Shown here: positions 48,849 to 53,108 of the stretch, in pieces
Layout: every line of letters starts with the position of its first letter
Position numbering within the stretch: position 1 is the stretch's first letter
Sequence record: SRR22947727_980
Direction: 5' to 3' (one strand)
DNA: 53,108 nucleotides
Made by a program: the position numbers and the translations under genes
Notes under the pieces: generated by a model
What the model saw: only the letters and a program-made list of their open reading frames with translations
What the model was told of the DNA's origin: nothing
The model's database searches: none

Positions 48849-51683
48849 TCAGCCATAAGCGTCATAGTGATGTGTTATGGCCACAGTTATTTGTTTTACG
48901 AGATTACCAGCTCTTTCTAGTGGTTTGATTATTGACTCAGTTATATGAGGAAAGCCACCTGGCGGAGCTACTGGTTCGTTAGTCTTCTCCTGTAGTTGCT
49001 CTGTCCATTCCAATGCAGACCTTGTTTCTGGGTACCGATCTTTCAAATCTTTTATTATACTATCTATTTGAAATGTTTGTAGCTTTTGTAAAACATTTAT
49101 TTGGGAGCTGCTTTCTTCACCAGCAGCAGGTAATTCTGTAGCTATTATCATCATTTTCATAATAATTGATAACCTAAGTGCATGTAAGATCTCTAAATCC
49201 TCAATATTATAATCATTAGATACATTCATTTGAGTCTCAAAAAACTTTATAGAATTATAAGTATCAATTCGTAATTGATTGGAAAGATCCATTATTTGTG
49301 ATCGCCAAGAGAGTGATTTTAAAGTTGCGGCAACTTCTAAGCTCTTGCTTTCTAACCGAGGTTCATTGCTTGATATACCTCTACTAACCCAAAAACCAGG
49401 GTCAAATAGACGGCTGTAAGCACTCAATATTGACATATTTGTGCGTTCCAGTGAACTAATTACTAATGAGAAAATTGAATTTGCTCTTGGCGAATTTTTA
49501 TAATGGTTTGAAAATTTTTCAATATCGATAGAAACAGCCTTACCAATACCGTAAAAAATATTTGCCGGTATTCCAAACTGTTGTAAAATTGCATTATGCG
49601 GTATGGCACGTAGTTGCCTTGGATCAAACATACCAGATTCTGCTTTTGACCTTTTGGATGCTCTTGAGCCCGTTGGTATAAGAAGATTTTGTCCAAACCC
49701 TGAAAGCAATTTTATATAATTTGGATCATTATATAGATTTTCTTGTTGAGAGCTTATTGTTCTAAATACATCCCAAGAGAAATCAGTATCTTTGTAAAAT
49801 ATATCAATATCAGCTTTCTCTTTATTAGCATAACGTGCTTTTAGAAGAGAACTGATAGTGGCATTTGTTAAATCTTCAGTCTGGAACCACATAAAACCAT
49901 CACCCCCTTGGAAGCTTGTTTCGTGGCAGATAGGTAATAAGCGTTTTTCGAATTGTCTCATTGCCCAAGGACTCATGACATAATTTATTCTATCTATTAT
50001 AGACCCAGAATGCCCACCTCTTCCTAAACTTTCACCATGAGTATTGAATATAACTGCAGTTACATTCTTTAGGTTAAACTTCTCCATTTGCGATGCAAAA
50101 TGCGAATGCAGGCGTTCTATTGCTAAGGTTGCTGGTATTTGCCCCATAAATCTACCAGCATCAGAAAACCCTGTTTGAATTGCAAATACACCCCTATCCT
50201 TGATATACTCTCTGTATACTTCATTTTTCAACATTTTACCAATTATACGACCTCCATTATTCAAAGCATCTGCTGTTTCAAACAATGGGGAAATATCTAA
50301 ATATTTTTCAATTCCATATCTTTTAGCTAAATAGAGCATGCCCATAGGAGTTAAGCTATCTTCACATTCAGCAATTAAGAGTCTTATGGGCGTTTCATCG
50401 TCAATATATTTGTGAATTTGTGCAGTTAGTATCATTTTTTCATGTGCTGTAGACTTTTCTAACGCCAATGAACCAAAATTTACTGGTTGTACTTTCACAT
50501 TTTTTGTAAGTTTAGATGCTCTTAATAATAAAGTTCGTTTATCTGAAGTATGATCGGCTATTCCAAAAGTTGATTTTAATGCAGAAACAACATGCTGATT
50601 GTTTAAGCGAAAATGAATTCGAGCTGTACCAAGGCCAAAAGCGACCATTTTTGACCGCAAACAAATTAAATCTCTATTAAGTTCAAATATTTCATTGTGC
50701 TCAAGTATCTTGTTTATGAGTTTAATTGGACTTTTAAGGTTTAAGAAGCGTCGGGTTGATGTTCTTGTAAGGTTATTTGCAGCTGCAACAAGATTTTCTG
50801 GATTTGTTATATCTTTTTCAAACAGAGTTAAATCTCTCTCAGCACTTTCATGTGCGTCCGATAGTTTTTTTAAAAGTTCATCTAAATGATTATTTTCTTG
50901 TAAACTTTTTTCATATTTATCGCTTATATTTGAAACTGATTTTTTGTATCTATAGAGTTGATCTCTTTTTTCTTGAAGTCTTAGTCTTAAAGCATCCCCC
51001 CAACTTATGTCTGTTCTACCATCAATATCATACCCTACCCAACTGTATGCATTTATTAAGTGGGGCGTTATAGACTTCCAATCATCAGGAAATAACTTTC
51101 TACCTATACTGATGATGCTGCTGTTTATATTATCCAGCTCAATTTGAATTCTTTCGAGCGTTTCTTGTGTATCTTCATGTTCCTCTTTCAGTGTGGGTGC
51201 CCTTTTAGGTAAATAAGGGAAGCCTTTTAACTCTTCAACTGAACTATTGTATTTAGTCTCCTGACTACTTGCAATTACTCCTAAACATTTACGTATATCT
51301 CGCGATAAAGAAAATGTTGGATGGGCTGTGAGAACTATACCAATACCAGGGCTTTCAGCCCAAATTTTAAAAGCTTTAAACCCCTCATTAGCTTTTTGAA
51401 ATGCTATTTTTTCTAGTGATTTCTTTGTATCACTATTACTGTAAATACCAGCTCTTTTTCTTAATCTTCGGCTTCTTTGGATTGCTGCATTGTCAGATAT
51501 AGATTTAACTAAACTTTCTATATCTTTGAAAGCTACAGTACGGTCTTCAACATCTTTTGAAATATCGTAAGCTAATAATTTTATTGCATTAGACTGAGGA
51601 TCAGAATTTTTATGGGTTCTATATTTAATTAATTTAGTTTTTAATTGATCGTTTAGTTCTATAGATGTTTTTTTACGAGTAAT
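48849..51683 (-). CDS. ppc: Phosphoenolpyruvate carboxylase, divergent type, 944 aa, predicted ATT start
   Basis: Manual translation shows no stop in this frame from 51713 down to the stop at 48849. The part missing from the ORF track contains IVLTAHPTF (about 51312-51338) and SWVGYDIDGR (about 51015-51044). Downstream motifs: SPLFET, GFSD, GRGG, LRAIP. Confidence 0.85.
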   Translation of the reverse strand: MTRKKTSIELNDQLKTKLIKYRTHKNSDPQSNAIKLLAYDISKDVEDRTVAFKDIESLVKSISDNAAIQRSRRLRKRAGIYSNSDTKKSLEKIAFQKANEGFKAFKIWAESPGIGIVLTAHPTFSLSRDIRKCLGVIASSQETKYNSSVEELKGFPYLPKRAPTLKEEHEDTQETLERIQIELDNINSSIISIGRKLFPDDWKSITPHLINAYSWVGYDIDGRTDISWGDALRLRLQEKRDQLYRYKKSVSNISDKYEKSLQENNHLDELLKKLSDAHESAERDLTLFEKDITNPENLVAAANNLTRTSTRRFLNLKSPIKLINKILEHNEIFELNRDLICLRSKMVAFGLGTARIHFRLNNQHVVSALKSTFGIADHTSDKRTLLLRASKLTKNVKVQPVNFGSLALEKSTAHEKMILTAQIHKYIDDETPIRLLIAECEDSLTPMGMLYLAKRYGIEKYLDISPLFETADALNNGGRIIGKMLKNEVYREYIKDRGVFAIQTGFSDAGRFMGQIPATLAIERLHSHFASQMEKFNLKNVTAVIFNTHGESLGRGGHSGSIIDRINYVMSPWAMRQFEKRLLPICHETSFQGGDGFMWFQTEDLTNATISSLLKARYANKEKADIDIFYKDTDFSWDVFRTISSQQENLYNDPNYIKLLSGFGQNLLIPTGSRASKRSKAESGMFDPRQLRAIPHNAILQQFGIPANIFYGIGKAVSIDIEKFSNHYKNSPRANSIFSLVISSLERTNMSILSAYSRLFDPGFWVSRGISSNEPRLESKSLEVAATLKSLSWRSQIMDLSNQLRIDTYNSIKFFETQMNVSNDYNIEDLEILHALRLSIIMKMMIIATELPAAGEESSSQINVLQKLQTFQIDSIIKDLKDRYPETRSALEWTEQLQEKTNEPVAPPGGFPHITESIIKPLERAGNLVKQITVAITHHYDAYG

Positions 51684-51690
51684 TGTTTTA

Positions 51691-51697
51691 CTCCTTA
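51691..51697 (-). promoter_or_regulatory. Shine-Dalgarno for ppc, overlapping the gap stop codon
   Basis: Minus strand reads TAAGGAG-TAAAACA-ATT; the TAA is the gap stop and the spacer is 7 nt. Confidence 0.8.
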
Positions 51698-52705
51698 AAG
51701 AAACTTTGACATTTCAGAAGCTGTGTCTAGCATGCGGTTTGAAAACCCCCATTCATTATCATACCAGCTTAAAACTCTAACCAAAGTGCCATCTATTACT
51801 ATTGTTTCACCGGAGATAAGGTTTGATGAGTGAGGGTCATGATTAAAATCAATAGAAACTGTTTTATCATCAATTACTTGTAAAATATTTTTTAATGTTC
51901 CTTTTTCAGCATCTCTAAAGCTGTTTAAAACATCATCTATTTTTACAATTTTTTGAAGGTTTACAGTTAAATCAACAGCAGAGACATTAGGTGTAGGTAC
52001 CCGTATTGCTTTGCCATCAAGTTTTCCTTTTAACTCAGGAATTACCAACCCTATTGCGCTAGCAACACCGGTTGATGTTGGAATCATTGACATGGCTGCT
52101 GCTCTTCCACGATTGAAATCTTTATTATGTATTGTATCAAGTGTAGGCTGATCGCCCGTGTAAGCATGTATAGTTGTCATAAAACCATTTTTTATGCCAA
52201 ATGAATCATTAAGAACTTTCGCTACTGGTGCTAACGCATTCGTTGTACATGAACCGTTGGAAACAATTTTGTCAGACGCGTCTAAATTTTTATGGTTAAC
52301 ACCATATACAATGGTTTTATCGGCTTCAGCACCGGGTGCTGAAATTAAGACACGTTTTGCGCCTGCCTTTATATGACTAAGAGCTTTATCCCTATGGGTA
52401 AATATTCCTGTACACTCCATAACGATATCGATGCCATCATCAGACCAATTCAAATCCTCAAGATTACGAATTGAGGTAACATTTATTTTCTTTCCATTTA
52501 CTTTTAAAATATCACCTTGGCTTTGTATTTCTCCATTGAATCGACCATGTACAGAGTCATACTTAAATAGATGTGCTAAATTATCTGTTTTTGACAGGTC
52601 ATTAACCCTAACTATCTCAATGTCTTTTTTATGATTTTCTTCTAAGGCTCGCAAAATATTACGCCCTATACGTCCAAAACCATTTATAGCAATTCGGATG
52701 GTCAC
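51695..52705 (-). CDS. gap: Glyceraldehyde-3-phosphate dehydrogenase (type I)
   Basis: INGFGRIGR, catalytic SCTTN, RVPTPNVS, WYDNEWG; GTG start. Confidence 0.97.
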   Translation of the reverse strand: MTIRIAINGFGRIGRNILRALEENHKKDIEIVRVNDLSKTDNLAHLFKYDSVHGRFNGEIQSQGDILKVNGKKINVTSIRNLEDLNWSDDGIDIVMECTGIFTHRDKALSHIKAGAKRVLISAPGAEADKTIVYGVNHKNLDASDKIVSNGSCTTNALAPVAKVLNDSFGIKNGFMTTIHAYTGDQPTLDTIHNKDFNRGRAAAMSMIPTSTGVASAIGLVIPELKGKLDGKAIRVPTPNVSAVDLTVNLQKIVKIDDVLNSFRDAEKGTLKNILQVIDDKTVSIDFNHDPHSSNLISGETIVIDGTLVRVLSWYDNEWGFSNRMLDTASEMSKFL

Positions 52706-52724
52706 TAATATATCCTTATAAAAT

Positions 52725-52738
52725 TGACAGCGCTGTCA
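52725..52738. promoter_or_regulatory. LacI/GalR-type operator upstream of gap-ppc
   Basis: Perfect 14-bp palindrome TGACAGCGCTGTCA, GC-rich in an AT-rich spacer, 19 nt before the gap start. Confidence 0.75.
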
Positions 52739-52886
52739 TTATAATAAAACTTGGTTATTAAGCAAGTTAAAATAGGTACATTCAGTTTTTTTTTCTTTTT
52801 TTATAAATTTTGAAAGATAGTTTTACTGTTGTACCTTATTGCTCAATACTCTCTCTTTACTTATGTTTTAATCCCTTTAGAGCTAA

Positions 52887-53108
<222 letters not shown>

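Noticed and set aside
50661-51694. Apparent 1-kb non-coding gap or ppc pseudogene, and the + strand ORFs at 50695 and 50777
   Set aside because: Manual translation shows an uninterrupted minus-strand frame with PEPC catalytic motifs. The gap is an artefact of requiring ATG/GTG/TTG starts, and the + ORFs are antisense shadows.

Overview
Core chromosomal segment of an AT-rich, compact alphaproteobacterium. Gene content and a perfect CtrA box suggest the Caulobacterales/Hyphomonadales/Maricaulales radiation, probably marine (inference). No mobile element, prophage, CRISPR or rRNA is visible. In order: yfgM-like(partial)-bamB-der; aroC; a nucleoside-scavenging cluster (Oar-type TonB-dependent receptor, udk, nupC, an IPNS-family 2OG-Fe(II) oxygenase, ribokinase, phosphoribosyltransferase, nucleoside hydrolase, tdk); a mini J-domain protein; pdxH; an MBL hydrolase; a secreted hypothetical protein and a second TonB-dependent receptor; tRNA-Gln(UUG); a TtpC-type Ton operon with duplicated DUF3450 and ExbD; oligopeptidase B; a 10-gene split Mrp/Mnh antiporter operon; a CtrA-box-preceded PAS protein; a CbpA-like DnaJ; DUF938; degP with a two-component system; pepN; typA; rpoE-chrR; gap-ppc; and a partial renalase-like oxidoreductase. 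Main results: (1) the ORF track truncates PEP carboxylase, whose frame stays open for 341 more codons and appears to start at a non-canonical ATT codon behind a Shine-Dalgarno overlapping the gap stop; (2) the nucleoside locus contains an unexplained 2OG oxygenase; (3) a related palindrome sits the same distance upstream of both TonB-dependent receptor genes; (4) ChrR lacks its zinc anti-sigma ligands; (5) typA looks gammaproteobacterial. All family assignments come from motif recognition by eye; no database searches were run.
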